Part shown: in pieces, positions 9,465 to 19,044 of the stretch | Numbering within the stretch: position 1 is the stretch's first letter | Layout: the number at the start of each line of letters is the position of its first letter | Source of the DNA: a virus | Taxonomy: Duplodnaviria > Heunggongvirae > Uroviricota > Caudoviricetes | Virus record (IMG/VR): IMGVR_UViG_643348545_000011 | Reading direction: 5' to 3' (one strand) | Length of the DNA stretch: 49,764 nt | Notes under the pieces: model-generated | The model's database searches: none | What the model was told of the DNA's origin: nothing | The model's input: the letters and a program-made list of their open reading frames with translations, nothing else | Program-made: the position numbers and the translations under genes

Positions 9465-12400
9465 TCACGATGCGGTATCAAAATCGTCTGTATAGGATTT
9501 CAGGTAAAACAGAACCGGGTCATGGATCCGAATTTTACTCTTATCATGAAGTATTGAACCACCCATGTAAAAAAGCACATCTGCTTCATACCTGAATGTA
9601 ATTTCAACCCGCACATCACCCTGTCCGGCAGGAATACTCCATGAGCCTGACGCACTTCCGCCAACATCAGAATATACCGGCTCATATCTGCTGGCGTTTT
9701 TGGAAATCTGGACCTCCCGCTCCCCGGTTTTGACTTTGCCTGACCTGGCATGAACGACAACTTTGTCATTTATCTTCATGATGAATTCACCTCTGGAAAA
9801 TGAATACGCCATAAGCATAAGCTTGCGATCAAACGGCATGTTGTCTTTCAGCAAAATCATTTTCTGAAAAGTCAGCTGGTTCTGAGTCATTACGCCCTGC
9901 CCCATATCAACCGTGTATCCCTTGACGATATCACCAATGATTCGGTCAGCGCTCATCGTTCCATTAATGGTGCAGTCTTCCGCAATCGTCACGTTATTCA
10001 GCGTACCGGAACTGGCACTGATATTCCCGCTGATATCGGCATTACGGGCCGTCAGCCTGCCGTCCGGCGTCAGGGAGAATGCCGGGGGATTGCCGCCGCT
10101 GGTAATGGTGGGGGCGGTAAGAACCTTTATCAGGGCCTCATTGATAAACGTCTGTCCCCCCTGCGTGACCAGTGCGGGTGTGGTATCACCATTCTCCGGA
10201 TTAATGAATGCCACACGGTCCGCTGCCAGCAGTATCTGGCTCTGCATCCCGTCAGGGGTGTTCTCAATACCGGCACCGATACCGGCAATATAGCGACGAC
10301 CATCCTGCATCTGCTGTAGCTTCACCGCCCACATGCTGTTCAGGTCATTATTTGTGTCCGTCTGCACACGCTGGATTTGCTGTATGGTGGCGTTCTGGTC
10401 CTCCAGCGTTTTACTGACCGTCTGCGTGATTTCATTGCGGGTTTCTGTGATGGTGGTCTGCATTTCCGCCATCTCGTCCTTCAGCTGACTGTTGTCAATC
10501 TCTGCCCACAGCGCCTCTGCCAGATGCGTTTTTCCTATCTTTTCCCGGAAAAGTTCCAGATAGCCCGCAGCATCATTGCTCGCCCGTCCACTGGCTTCCA
10601 CAAAAGCAGATTTACCCACCAGGTTGACGCTGCGCACATAAAACCAGAAATCCTTTCCGGGCTTAATGTGCGGACCGGAGACGCTCCACTGGCTGCCGGT
10701 ACCAAGATAACGGGCAGAGGTTTCCACCTGTGCGGCGTCTGCAATTTTTGCCTCCGAAAACCAGAACTCAAACTGCACCGTCGGGTCATACACCGCAAGA
10801 CGCGGTACCGCCGTTATCTGAAAATACCCCGGCGTCAGTTCAACACCGGCAGGCGCTGCCGGTGCGTTAATCCGGAACGTGGTGGTGGCCGGTTCGCCCT
10901 GCTGGCCGTAGCTGTTTATCGCCCTGACCGTCAGGGTGTATTCCCCGGGAGGCAGACCACTGAAACGGTGCTCCGTATCGGCAGTGATGGCGGTGGTCAG
11001 CAGGCGGCTGTTCTCACCGCTTCCACTGGTCAGGCGCAGACTGAAGCGCACGCCCTTCACCACCCGCGGCGTGTCCCATTTCGCCAGCGCCAGATACTGG
11101 CTGTCAGCCGCGCTCACCTCCACCGTCAGGTGCTGTACTGCCGGTGGGATAACGCTGTTCAGGGTGCCTGACTGCGGCTCAAAGCGGGCTCCGTTATCCA
11201 CAATGGCTTCTTTTTCCGGTACGTGCTGCACCGCCGTGATGGCAAAGGTGCCGTCCGTGTTTTCCCGGATGGCCACACAGCGGAACAGGCGACGGCGCAG
11301 TGACGGCAGGGAGAGTCCCCACACCCCGTATGTCTCCACACCATCAGGCAGGGTACTGACCTGTATCCGGTCCGGCGCGGGGTGTGCGGTGATGTCCACA
11401 CTCACCGGCTTACCGCTGCCGTTAATCAGGTTCACCGCCGATGTACCTGTCTCCGGCAGGGTAACCTCACGGTCCAGCGTCAGGGTGCGGGTGGCAGCAT
11501 CAATGGACAGGACACGTCCGCCGGTCAGGGTCCCGGCATAGTCATTATCACAGATTTCAATAATGTCACCGGGTGTGTGCCGCAGCCCCTGAGACCCGAG
11601 TGTGAAATCAACCGTCTGCGTTTCCAGCAGTTCGGTCTTTATCACCCACAGCCCGGCACGGTGGGCCTGACCGCGGCTGGTACAGCCGAACGCGTCCATC
11701 TTCAGCAGGTTGCGTCCGTAGCGCAGTATGGCTTCCGGGTCTTCCACCAGTTCCGTGGAGGTCTGCCAGCCGTTCTGCGGGTCGGTGTAATTCACCTCCA
11801 CCGCCGTGTGCCGGTCCTTCAGGGCACTGAAGCTGTAGCGGAACCCCACGCCGTTATCATCCACCACCACATCGCTGTTGGTGTACGGCCACACCACATC
11901 CGACGGACGGTCCTGAACGAACGTCAGCGTCTGGCCGTTCCATACCGGCATACAGCGCATCGCCGAGCAGAAATCACTGAGCACGTCCCATGCCTTACGC
12001 TGTTGTGCCAGGTACGCATTAAAGGTCATCCGCGGCTCTGTGCCCCCGAAACCATCCGGGACCGTCTGGTCGCAGTACTGCCCGATGGCATACAGCGCCC
12101 ACTTGTCCACATCCGCCGCCCCCAGGCGTTTTCCCATGCCGTAGCGCGGGTGAGTCAGCATGTCCCACAGGCACCAGGCCGGGTTGTTGCTGTATGCCGG
12201 TTTCAGACTGCCGTCCCAGATACCACTGTACGTGCGTTTTACCGGGTCATAGTTTGACGGCACCTGGATGATGCGACCGCGGATATGGTAGTTCACCGTC
12301 ATCTGCTGGCCGCCGAACTGCTCCGCATCCACCTGCAGCCCCACAATGACCGTGTTCGGGTAGCACTGTTTCACATCGATGATTTCGGTGTATGACGACC

Positions 12401-12995
12401 AGAGCGTCTTATTCTGCAGCTGGTCCGTGGTGCTGTCCGCCGTCTCCCTGACCATCCGGATGTTAAAGGGCCGGGGCGGCAGATTATCCAGAATCACCGA
12501 CGCCAGGAACTGCGAGGTGGTCTTGCCGTTAATGGTGACATCCTTTTCCGTCATCCATTTACCACCACGCTCAAGCTGAATCAGCAGGCGGACAGAGGAC
12601 GGATTACGGTCACCCTTTGACGTGGTCTCCACCAGTGACTGCACCCCGAAGGTCACCCGCAGGCGGTCAATGTTCGCTGACGTAATGGTGCGTGTCACCG
12701 GTTTTGCCTTCGTCACTTCCACACCCAGTACAGTTTCAGCTCCGGAGGACTCAAAGCCTTCCGGTGGTGTCTGCTCCTGCTCCCCGGCACGCCAGACGGC
12801 GGTCACACCGTGTATCACGGGATTACCGTCCGTGTCCGTCAGCGGGGTTTTGTTCACCAGAATACTCTGCAGTCCCTTCACCGGACCTTCCACCGGTCCC
12901 TCACCAATGGCATCAATCACACTCATCATCTGCGTGGATTTGAGATTATCCTTCGCCTCACGCGGTGTGTGCCCCTTGCCGCCCCCTTTACCCAC
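9465..12995 (-). CDS. J: Central tail fibre / host specificity protein J
   Basis: Near-colinear similarity to lambda gpJ over about 1000 aa (GKGHTPREAKDNLKSTQ..., fibronectin-like middle); the track ORF starts at a TTG at 13040, but the likely start is the GTG at 12995 preceded by GGAGAGGGGGA; C-terminal about 150 aa diverge from lambda. Confidence 0.95.
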   Translation of the reverse strand: MGKGGGKGHTPREAKDNLKSTQMMSVIDAIGEGPVEGPVKGLQSILVNKTPLTDTDGNPVIHGVTAVWRAGEQEQTPPEGFESSGAETVLGVEVTKAKPVTRTITSANIDRLRVTFGVQSLVETTSKGDRNPSSVRLLIQLERGGKWMTEKDVTINGKTTSQFLASVILDNLPPRPFNIRMVRETADSTTDQLQNKTLWSSYTEIIDVKQCYPNTVIVGLQVDAEQFGGQQMTVNYHIRGRIIQVPSNYDPVKRTYSGIWDGSLKPAYSNNPAWCLWDMLTHPRYGMGKRLGAADVDKWALYAIGQYCDQTVPDGFGGTEPRMTFNAYLAQQRKAWDVLSDFCSAMRCMPVWNGQTLTFVQDRPSDVVWPYTNSDVVVDDNGVGFRYSFSALKDRHTAVEVNYTDPQNGWQTSTELVEDPEAILRYGRNLLKMDAFGCTSRGQAHRAGLWVIKTELLETQTVDFTLGSQGLRHTPGDIIEICDNDYAGTLTGGRVLSIDAATRTLTLDREVTLPETGTSAVNLINGSGKPVSVDITAHPAPDRIQVSTLPDGVETYGVWGLSLPSLRRRLFRCVAIRENTDGTFAITAVQHVPEKEAIVDNGARFEPQSGTLNSVIPPAVQHLTVEVSAADSQYLALAKWDTPRVVKGVRFSLRLTSGSGENSRLLTTAITADTEHRFSGLPPGEYTLTVRAINSYGQQGEPATTTFRINAPAAPAGVELTPGYFQITAVPRLAVYDPTVQFEFWFSEAKIADAAQVETSARYLGTGSQWSVSGPHIKPGKDFWFYVRSVNLVGKSAFVEASGRASNDAAGYLELFREKIGKTHLAEALWAEIDNSQLKDEMAEMQTTITETRNEITQTVSKTLEDQNATIQQIQRVQTDTNNDLNSMWAVKLQQMQDGRRYIAGIGAGIENTPDGMQSQILLAADRVAFINPENGDTTPALVTQGGQTFINEALIKVLTAPTITSGGNPPAFSLTPDGRLTARNADISGNISASSGTLNNVTIAEDCTINGTMSADRIIGDIVKGYTVDMGQGVMTQNQLTFQKMILLKDNMPFDRKLMLMAYSFSRGEFIMKINDKVVVHARSGKVKTGEREVQISKNASRYEPVYSDVGGSASGSWSIPAGQGDVRVEITFRYEADVLFYMGGSILHDKSKIRIHDPVLFYLKSYTDDFDTAS

Positions 12996-13035
12996 TCTGT
13001 CCCCCTCTCCTGTCTGATGTCTGAATCTGTTTATG

Positions 13036-13069
13036 CCCAAAAAACAACAGGCACCCCGGAGGATGCCTG
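13036..13069 (-). terminator. Intrinsic terminator-like hairpin just upstream of J
   Basis: On the - strand CAGGCATCCTCCGGGGTGCCTG followed by TTGTTTTTTGGG. Confidence 0.45.
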
Positions 13070-13141
13070 TATCATGACTGAATAAAAATTCTGAATATCT
13101 TCACATTTTCACAAACTGACTGTGGCGCGTATAATTTCGCT

Positions 13142-13242
13142 GCGTTAGTGTTTTTTTGCCGTGACATAAAAAAACAACTCCTTAACACTAATCTTCATTT
13201 GTCTGAATCTCCCGCAGCTCCGCAACTCTGCGGGATTTTTTT
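13142..13242 (+). ncRNA. Candidate small RNA in the I-J spacer, antisense to the tail operon (hypothetical)
   Basis: Sigma70-like promoter TTCACA-N16-TATAAT (about 13108-13135) followed about 100 nt later by a GC stem CCCGCAG...CTGCGGG plus T8 (13211-13242); no ATG-initiated ORF in between. Confidence 0.2.
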
Positions 13243-13249
13243 ATGCCGT

Positions 13250-13930
13250 TTACCCCTGCCGCCCGATAACCACGACCCTTCCGCCCCCGCCTTCATCACG
13301 GGTGCTGATGTCCTGAGAGATACGTCGTGAACCAACCAGCATTTCCCCGTAAGGCACCGGCATCGGGTTACCCTGGGCAATCATGTTGTCCAGCGAGGAA
13401 AAGTACGTGTTCTGTTTACCGTTATCCGTTGCCCTGTATTCCGGTGTTTTTGCCTTCGGGGCCAGCATCTGTGCCACACCGCCCAGTATCATGCTGGCTC
13501 CAAGTGAAAACAGCATCGTGGTAGCAGAAAAACCACCGGCTGCCAGGGCTGAACCCCATAACGCCATTGATGCCCCGGCCGTGAAGAAAGACCCCACAAT
13601 GGCAGCTGCCCCCAGCACAATCTGTAGTCCGCCCTTTCCGGCACCGGCCAGTCGCGGCACAATATGGATAACCGTTCCCTCACCCAGTGGTTCGTGAAGG
13701 CGGGCATACACCGCCTCCGGTGCCGTATCCTCACCGGCAATACGTATCTGGTACCAGCCTTCGTTCATCTGACGGCGAAAGCCCGGCATCTGCATCGACA
13801 GGGCGCGGATGGCTTCCGCTGCCGTGTTCACATACAGGCTGAGGCGGCGGCCAAATCGTTGTAAATCCCCGTGAAGGCAGATGCGTGCCAGTGGCGGTGA
13901 CGCCAGACAGAATGCGTTCGTCGTTGCCAT
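13250..13930 (-). CDS. I: Tail assembly protein I
   Basis: 226-aa ORF closely resembling lambda gpI (ARICLYGDLQRFGRR..., Gly/Ala-rich hydrophobic centre, NGKQNTYFSSLDNM). Confidence 0.9.
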   Translation of the reverse strand: MATTNAFCLASPPLARICLHGDLQRFGRRLSLYVNTAAEAIRALSMQMPGFRRQMNEGWYQIRIAGEDTAPEAVYARLHEPLGEGTVIHIVPRLAGAGKGGLQIVLGAAAIVGSFFTAGASMALWGSALAAGGFSATTMLFSLGASMILGGVAQMLAPKAKTPEYRATDNGKQNTYFSSLDNMIAQGNPMPVPYGEMLVGSRRISQDISTRDEGGGGRVVVIGRQG

Positions 13931-14571
13931 TTTTCGGAATACCTCTCCCGTTTACTCAGTTGTTCAGGAATATGGTGCAGCAGCTCGCCATCACCACAGT
14001 AAATGGCGGCATGATTCGGCACCGATGAACCAAAACAGCACAGCAGCACATCGCCCGGTTGTGCTGATGACAACGGCACCTGATACAGCCCTGTGGCCTC
14101 CAGATTATCCAGGTACAGGTTCTGGCCGTTGCGCCACCAGTCATCCTCGCGATGAAAATCCGGCATTTCAGTCCCCGCCAGATGGTATGCATCCCGGAAC
14201 AGGGTGTAACAGTCCGTCACACCGTGCTCAAAGCGCCGTCCCGTCAGGTGTGGCACACAGCGGAATTTGTGAATGTCACCCCGGCTGACCAGCCACCAGG
14301 GCAGTGCGCTTTTTATCTGCAGCCGCCGGTCAGCCTCGCTCAGCCAGGGCAGCCCACCGGGATGACTGTGGACCAGTGCCACAATCTCCCCCTGCATCTC
14401 TGCCCGCAGCCAGTCTTCCGGTGCGATACGAAAATACGCCTCCGGCTCTGCGGAAATATTCACACAAGGGATATACCGCTCCCCCTCCGGCGTGCTTATC
14501 ACGAAGCCGCACGACTCCGCAGGCGCACACCGCCGGGCATGCGCCAGAATCGCTGATTCAGTCTGTGTCAT
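13828..14571 (-). CDS. K: Tail assembly protein K (MPN/JAB plus NlpC/P60-like)
   Basis: Strong similarity to lambda gpK starting at internal MTQTESAILAHARRC (the track ORF is N-terminally over-extended); HSHPGG metalloprotease-like motif; 3' end overlaps the I start. Confidence 0.9.
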   Translation of the reverse strand: MTQTESAILAHARRCAPAESCGFVISTPEGERYIPCVNISAEPEAYFRIAPEDWLRAEMQGEIVALVHSHPGGLPWLSEADRRLQIKSALPWWLVSRGDIHKFRCVPHLTGRRFEHGVTDCYTLFRDAYHLAGTEMPDFHREDDWWRNGQNLYLDNLEATGLYQVPLSSAQPGDVLLCCFGSSVPNHAAIYCGDGELLHHIPEQLSKRERYSEKWQRRTHSVWRHRHWHASAFTGIYNDLAAASACM

Positions 14572-14581
14572 AAACCGGGAT

Positions 14582-15280
14582 TTACTGCGAAAGTTTATTA
14601 ATGGAAAGGAAACCGCCAAAATTGCCGACATTCCTGCGCAGTTCACACCCGCGCATGCACTTGCTGCATCTGTCCTTACGGATATCGGTGGTGGGTTTAT
14701 CGAACTCATCCGCCACAGCCCCGCCCGTGTAACCACACTCATCAGAGCGGTAGGTCCACATACAGGTGTTCGCCAGCATGATACGACCGGGAAACAGCGC
14801 CCCGTCCGTCTCCGTCGGTGTGGCCAGCACAAACGAGGCCGTCATGGCTGTCAGCTGCGACATCTGCTCCACCACCCAGCGGTCACTCAGCTCCTGCTCC
14901 GGGTCCGCTTCCGGATTGCCCGCAACGAAATTCACCGCATCCAGAAAACGGGCATACACCCGGCGGCGGACCACCGTGGCCCCCACCAGACTCTGCAGGT
15001 CTTCCGCCATCCCGGTGACAAGGCCAAACAGATTGGACACCGTCAGCAACGGTCTGGCACTGCTGCCCTTCCCGCTCATCTCAAAACCGCTGCCGTCAAT
15101 CGGGTATGCCTGATATTGCCGCCCCTGCCAGGTGACCGGCTCCCCTTTTTCATTCAGCTCATTGCAGAAAAAATACCGCTCACCGCCCTGTACCGTCAGG
15201 TCGATTTCCCAGAGCACCACCCGCGGTGACTGCTCTGATTTAACCGACTCGTTCAGACTTTCTTCGTGAATATCCTGCAT
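14582..15280 (-). CDS. L: Minor tail protein L
   Basis: 232-aa ORF with lambda gpL-like sequence and C-terminal Cys cluster (CSKCMRGC); conserved position between M and K. Confidence 0.9.
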   Translation of the reverse strand: MQDIHEESLNESVKSEQSPRVVLWEIDLTVQGGERYFFCNELNEKGEPVTWQGRQYQAYPIDGSGFEMSGKGSSARPLLTVSNLFGLVTGMAEDLQSLVGATVVRRRVYARFLDAVNFVAGNPEADPEQELSDRWVVEQMSQLTAMTASFVLATPTETDGALFPGRIMLANTCMWTYRSDECGYTGGAVADEFDKPTTDIRKDRCSKCMRGCELRRNVGNFGGFLSINKLSQ

Positions 15281-15609
15281 CAGTTCACCACCTGCTTAAA
15301 CTCCGCGCTGAACTCAACGCGCAACATCCCGACCCGCGCAGACCACCCGGCACAGGTCACCTTTATCTGCCGGTATGCATAGGGTGGCTTCCACAAAAAT
15401 GCCTTCCAGCCACCGTGCTCTGCCAGGAACGCTTCCAGATGACGGGCCTCCTCCCGGGTCACGGAAAGCATCACCCGGTATGTTTTCAGGTCAGCATTCA
15501 GCCCTGCCGCCATACGCTGTGAGTACCCGTCACCAAAACGCACTTCACGCACCGATGGCTGCGAGTTCACCTCCATATCCGGTTTCACTTTCCAGCGAAA
15601 GGTTTTCAT
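15280..15609 (-). CDS. M: Minor tail protein M
   Basis: 109-aa ORF resembling lambda gpM; start overlaps the H stop. Confidence 0.9.
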   Translation of the reverse strand: MKTFRWKVKPDMEVNSQPSVREVRFGDGYSQRMAAGLNADLKTYRVMLSVTREEARHLEAFLAEHGGWKAFLWKPPYAYRQIKVTCAGWSARVGMLRVEFSAEFKQVVN

Positions 15610-18179
15610 CGCCCGCTCCCCGATAACAGACCGCCATCACGCAACTGCAGCCGGAGCTCATCCTGCGCACCTTTACGGGCCATCTCATACACCGCTTTCA
15701 TCAGCTGCGGCCCGGCCTGTCCGTTGATGCCGTCGTTCTGAATCACCACGTGATTGTTCTGATTAAAATTAATACCTTCCGCCCGCCGCATCTGCGCCGG
15801 ACCTCCGGCAGCACCCACATACCCCCCTTCCGCATAGCCCCGCATCAGGCGGTACAGGTTCCCGACACCAATCCGGCTGGTTGCCTCCTTCGTGAAGACA
15901 AACTCCCCGCGGTGGACAATCCCTGCTGGCTCATATTTGCCACCGGTTCCCGTAAATCCCCCGGTCGCGAAATGGAAGTTCGCCGCCGCAGCCTGAATGG
16001 CCGTCCCCGTGGAAGCGGATGCGCCACCACCGAAAGCACCACCAATGGCGCTGCCGATACGCCCGACAATCCCCACCATCGCCTGCTTCAGAAAAATCTC
16101 TGTCAGCATGGAGAGCACGGAACGGGTGAAACCACGCCAGTTCTGTTCGCTGCCGGTCAGCATCGCTGCCATATTCTGTGCAATACCGTCAAAGGTCTGC
16201 GTGGCCGCGCTTTTAACCTGCGAAAAACTGTCCGTCGCACTTTCCGCCCACTCGCCCCAGCCGGACTTCAGACCCGCCATCCAGCTTCCACGAAGCTGCT
16301 CCTCCGCAGACCAGGTGTTCTTCAGTGCAGATGTGGTCTTCGCCAGCGCATCCGGATTATCACCGTACACGTCACGAAGGCGCTGCTCTTCCGACTCCCG
16401 CTGCGCCTGACGGTCGGTGAGGCCGCGGGCTTTTGCGCTGATGGCGGCCTGCTTCGCGCTCTGCTGCTGTTCAAACCGCGCCGCCTGCTGTGCCAGCTCA
16501 TTCAGCCGTTTCTGGTGTTCAACCTTGTCGCCCAGCTCAGCCAGCTGGCGTTTGTACTCCAGCGTCTCTTTCTCATGAGCCAGCAGGGATTTTTCCTGCT
16601 CAGATAACTGCCGTTTCGTGGCGGCCTCTTTCAGGACCACATACTGATTTTCCGCTTTCCATAAATCCCGGCGCTGCTGGCTGATTTTTTCATTCGCACC
16701 GGCATGCTTCTCCAGCGTCCTGAGCTCAGTTTCAAGCGCCAGCATGGCTGCATGCGCCCGGTCTTCCTGGCGCTCACCGGCAGACACCTTCACACCTGAC
16801 GGCTTTTTCTGCGTCGATTCATAATCCTTTTTTGCCGACGCCATCAGCGTGTTGTAATCCGCCTGCAGGATTTTTCCGTCTTTCAGGGCCTTATTCAGCT
16901 CTTCCTGCCGGGCGGTATATTTCTCCAGTGGCGTCAGCAGGCGCTCATACGCCTTCTGCGCCTCTCCGGTATACTTCAGCTGTGACGACTCACGCTCAGC
17001 CCTGTCCCTTGCCGCCAGTTCACCGGCTTTTTCCATATCCGACTGCAGCGTTGCCGCTGCCAGACCCAGACGGGCATTTTCCCGGTCATCCCATGCGCCC
17101 TGAAGGTTGGCCCGGAAAGAGGAGGTTTTACCGCGGCGCTGGCTCCGGCTCTGGTACCACTGCCATTTTTTATCCGCCTCATCAAATGCCTTCTGCGCAC
17201 TGGCGAGCATATCCGCTGAGGATTCCGGACGACCGATATCCAGAATGGCATCCCACATCGATTTGAACGCCTTCCCTGTTTTATCTGCCCAGGTTTCCAG
17301 CGTCCCCATGTTCTCTTTCAGGCGGCGGGTCTGCTCATCAAAGCCTTTCGTGGCAGCATCGTTCGCCGCCTGTAAGGCACCGGCCTCGTCTCCGGAACGC
17401 TGCAGCTGTGCAACATACGCAATCTGCTCTGCCGTCACGTTACGGAACTGGCGCGCCATCGCCATCAGTCCCGACGTCGGGTCAGTGGTCAGCTTCCCGA
17501 AGGCTTCAGCGACTTTATCCACCTCCACACCGGATGCAGACGCAAAACGCGCGACACTCTGGTTAATGGCATCAAACTGTTCACCACCACGCACACCGGC
17601 ATTCACCAGGGCTGCCAGTGACTCTCTCGCCTGGTTAAACGTCAGCCCTGCTGCCTGCCCGGCTCTTGAGAGCGTCAGCATACGATCGGCAGTCAGTCCG
17701 GCCTGATTGCCGGAAAGGACCAGCGTTTTATTAAATTCTGAAAGCGTGGAATCCCCCTGGTACCAGGCGTACGCCAGCGCACCTGTCGCCACCGCCAGCG
17801 AGGTGACCCCGACCATCGGCAGGGTGATCGCACCGGCAAGCCCCCTGAACATGGGGATCATCCCGCCGAAGGAGTCCTTCACCTGACCGCCCTGTTGCAG
17901 CAGGATGAGCCAGGGATTCTGACCACCGGCAAGCTGCGTGGCGATATCCGTAAACTGTGCGGGCAGGGTACGCATGGCTGCTTTATACTGCCCGACGGAA
18001 ATCCCGGCTTTTTGTGCGGCCAGCGCCTGACGGTTCAGACTCTGCTCAACGGCACCGGCGGTTTTTCTGGCGTCGGTATCCAGTCCTGAAAAATGACGCC
18101 TTACCCGGCTCATCTGCTCATCGAAACGGACAGCATCCAGACTCAGGTCAATAACAAGATCACCAACCGGCTGGGACAT
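15606..18179 (-). CDS. H: Tail tape measure protein H
   Basis: 857-aa ORF, near-colinear with lambda gpH (GDLVIDLSLDA..., GGQNPWLILLQQGGQVKDSFGG, C-terminal GTGGKYEPAGIVHRGEFVF). Confidence 0.95.
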   Translation of the reverse strand: MSQPVGDLVIDLSLDAVRFDEQMSRVRRHFSGLDTDARKTAGAVEQSLNRQALAAQKAGISVGQYKAAMRTLPAQFTDIATQLAGGQNPWLILLQQGGQVKDSFGGMIPMFRGLAGAITLPMVGVTSLAVATGALAYAWYQGDSTLSEFNKTLVLSGNQAGLTADRMLTLSRAGQAAGLTFNQARESLAALVNAGVRGGEQFDAINQSVARFASASGVEVDKVAEAFGKLTTDPTSGLMAMARQFRNVTAEQIAYVAQLQRSGDEAGALQAANDAATKGFDEQTRRLKENMGTLETWADKTGKAFKSMWDAILDIGRPESSADMLASAQKAFDEADKKWQWYQSRSQRRGKTSSFRANLQGAWDDRENARLGLAAATLQSDMEKAGELAARDRAERESSQLKYTGEAQKAYERLLTPLEKYTARQEELNKALKDGKILQADYNTLMASAKKDYESTQKKPSGVKVSAGERQEDRAHAAMLALETELRTLEKHAGANEKISQQRRDLWKAENQYVVLKEAATKRQLSEQEKSLLAHEKETLEYKRQLAELGDKVEHQKRLNELAQQAARFEQQQSAKQAAISAKARGLTDRQAQRESEEQRLRDVYGDNPDALAKTTSALKNTWSAEEQLRGSWMAGLKSGWGEWAESATDSFSQVKSAATQTFDGIAQNMAAMLTGSEQNWRGFTRSVLSMLTEIFLKQAMVGIVGRIGSAIGGAFGGGASASTGTAIQAAAANFHFATGGFTGTGGKYEPAGIVHRGEFVFTKEATSRIGVGNLYRLMRGYAEGGYVGAAGGPAQMRRAEGINFNQNNHVVIQNDGINGQAGPQLMKAVYEMARKGAQDELRLQLRDGGLLSGSGR

Positions 18180-19031
18180 ATCTCACACCTCCGGAAATCC
18201 CCGCTGAAGCCATCATTAATGCAACATCATCCTCGCTGACATCCACCACATCTGCAGAAGGTGAAATATCGCCCCCTCCCTCCCCACCGAACCGGACGCC
18301 TCCGGCAAGTCCTGCCGCTTTCTGCATCAGCATGTCTTCCTCATCCGGCATCTCCGTCTGCGCTTCCTCTCGCCGGGGAGCCAGCAGACTGAAATCCGAG
18401 GGATGCATATCCGGATCGCAAAAAAACAGGCTGAGTACGGCGTACATCAGCCCGGAAAAATGCATATCCAGTTGGGTATCCTGAAAATAATGCGTGCGGT
18501 AAAAATGTCGCCAGTCGGCATATTCGGTGGATGTCATCCCGGCAAGCATGGCGCGCCAGTCAGGCCTCCCCATCTCACGCGCCAGTCTGAGGGCAAAATT
18601 CAGCTCGCCGTCGAAAACTTTCCCGCAGAAAAATCATCATCAGTAAGCGCGTTATTTTTCGCCACTTCGGTGCTGTCAGTATCCGCATGAACAGCCCCGC
18701 TCATCCCGGACAGACGTAACACCACCTCTTCCGCCCGGGCAATGGCATCGGCAGGCCAGGTGGTGAGCACTTCCTGCTCTATCTTCATCACGGCCTCATT
18801 CATTGACGGTGACTGCGTTTTCTGTGGATGGTTATGCCACAGGGACATCGCCACCAGAAACGCGCCGGTTCTGACAAGATCTTCCACACTCACCTGCAGG
18901 TTGCCGCTGGCTTCAGCCTCTTCTGCCCGCCGTTTCAGGAGGGCAAGATGCTCAATACGCTGCAGCGCAGACAGCTCAGAAAGCATGACGGATACACCGT
19001 TATATTCAAATTGTTCTGTTTTCAGAAACAT
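18160..19031 (-). CDS. GT: Tail assembly chaperone G-T fusion made by -1 programmed ribosomal frameshift
   Basis: G frame (18600-19031) and the -1 T frame (18160-18573) are joined at the slippery heptamer GGGAAAG, exactly as in lambda G/GT. Confidence 0.85.
18600..19031 (-). CDS. G: Tail assembly chaperone G
   Basis: 143-aa ORF resembling lambda gpG (MFLKTE.FE.NGV...LSELSALQRIEHLA...). Confidence 0.9.
   Translation of the reverse strand: MFLKTEQFEYNGVSVMLSELSALQRIEHLALLKRRAEEAEASGNLQVSVEDLVRTGAFLVAMSLWHNHPQKTQSPSMNEAVMKIEQEVLTTWPADAIARAEEVVLRLSGMSGAVHADTDSTEVAKNNALTDDDFSAGKFSTAS
18618..18624 (-). other. Slippery site G GGA AAG for the G-T -1 frameshift
   Basis: Heptamer GGGAAAG on the - strand, 6 codons before the G stop (...SAGKFSTAS*). 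Confidence 0.8.
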
Positions 19032-19044
19032 GTATTACCTCCGT

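Noticed and set aside
9913-13085. Multiple + strand ORFs inside J (for example 10377-11171, 10936-11541, 11382-12257, 12622-13017)
   Set aside because: Embedded antisense in the strongly supported J gene; Arg/Pro-rich translations typical of spurious frames in GC-rich coding DNA.
13148-13330. 60-aa + strand ORF in the I-J spacer
   Set aside because: Begins at a non-ATG start, runs through the terminator hairpin into the antisense of gene I; the region is more consistent with a non-coding transcript (reported as a low-confidence ncRNA candidate).
15750-17706. + strand ORFs inside the tape measure gene (15750-16607, 15997-16410, 16832-17266, 17107-17706)
   Set aside because: Antisense to the H tape measure protein, which has clear lambda homology; no supporting signals.
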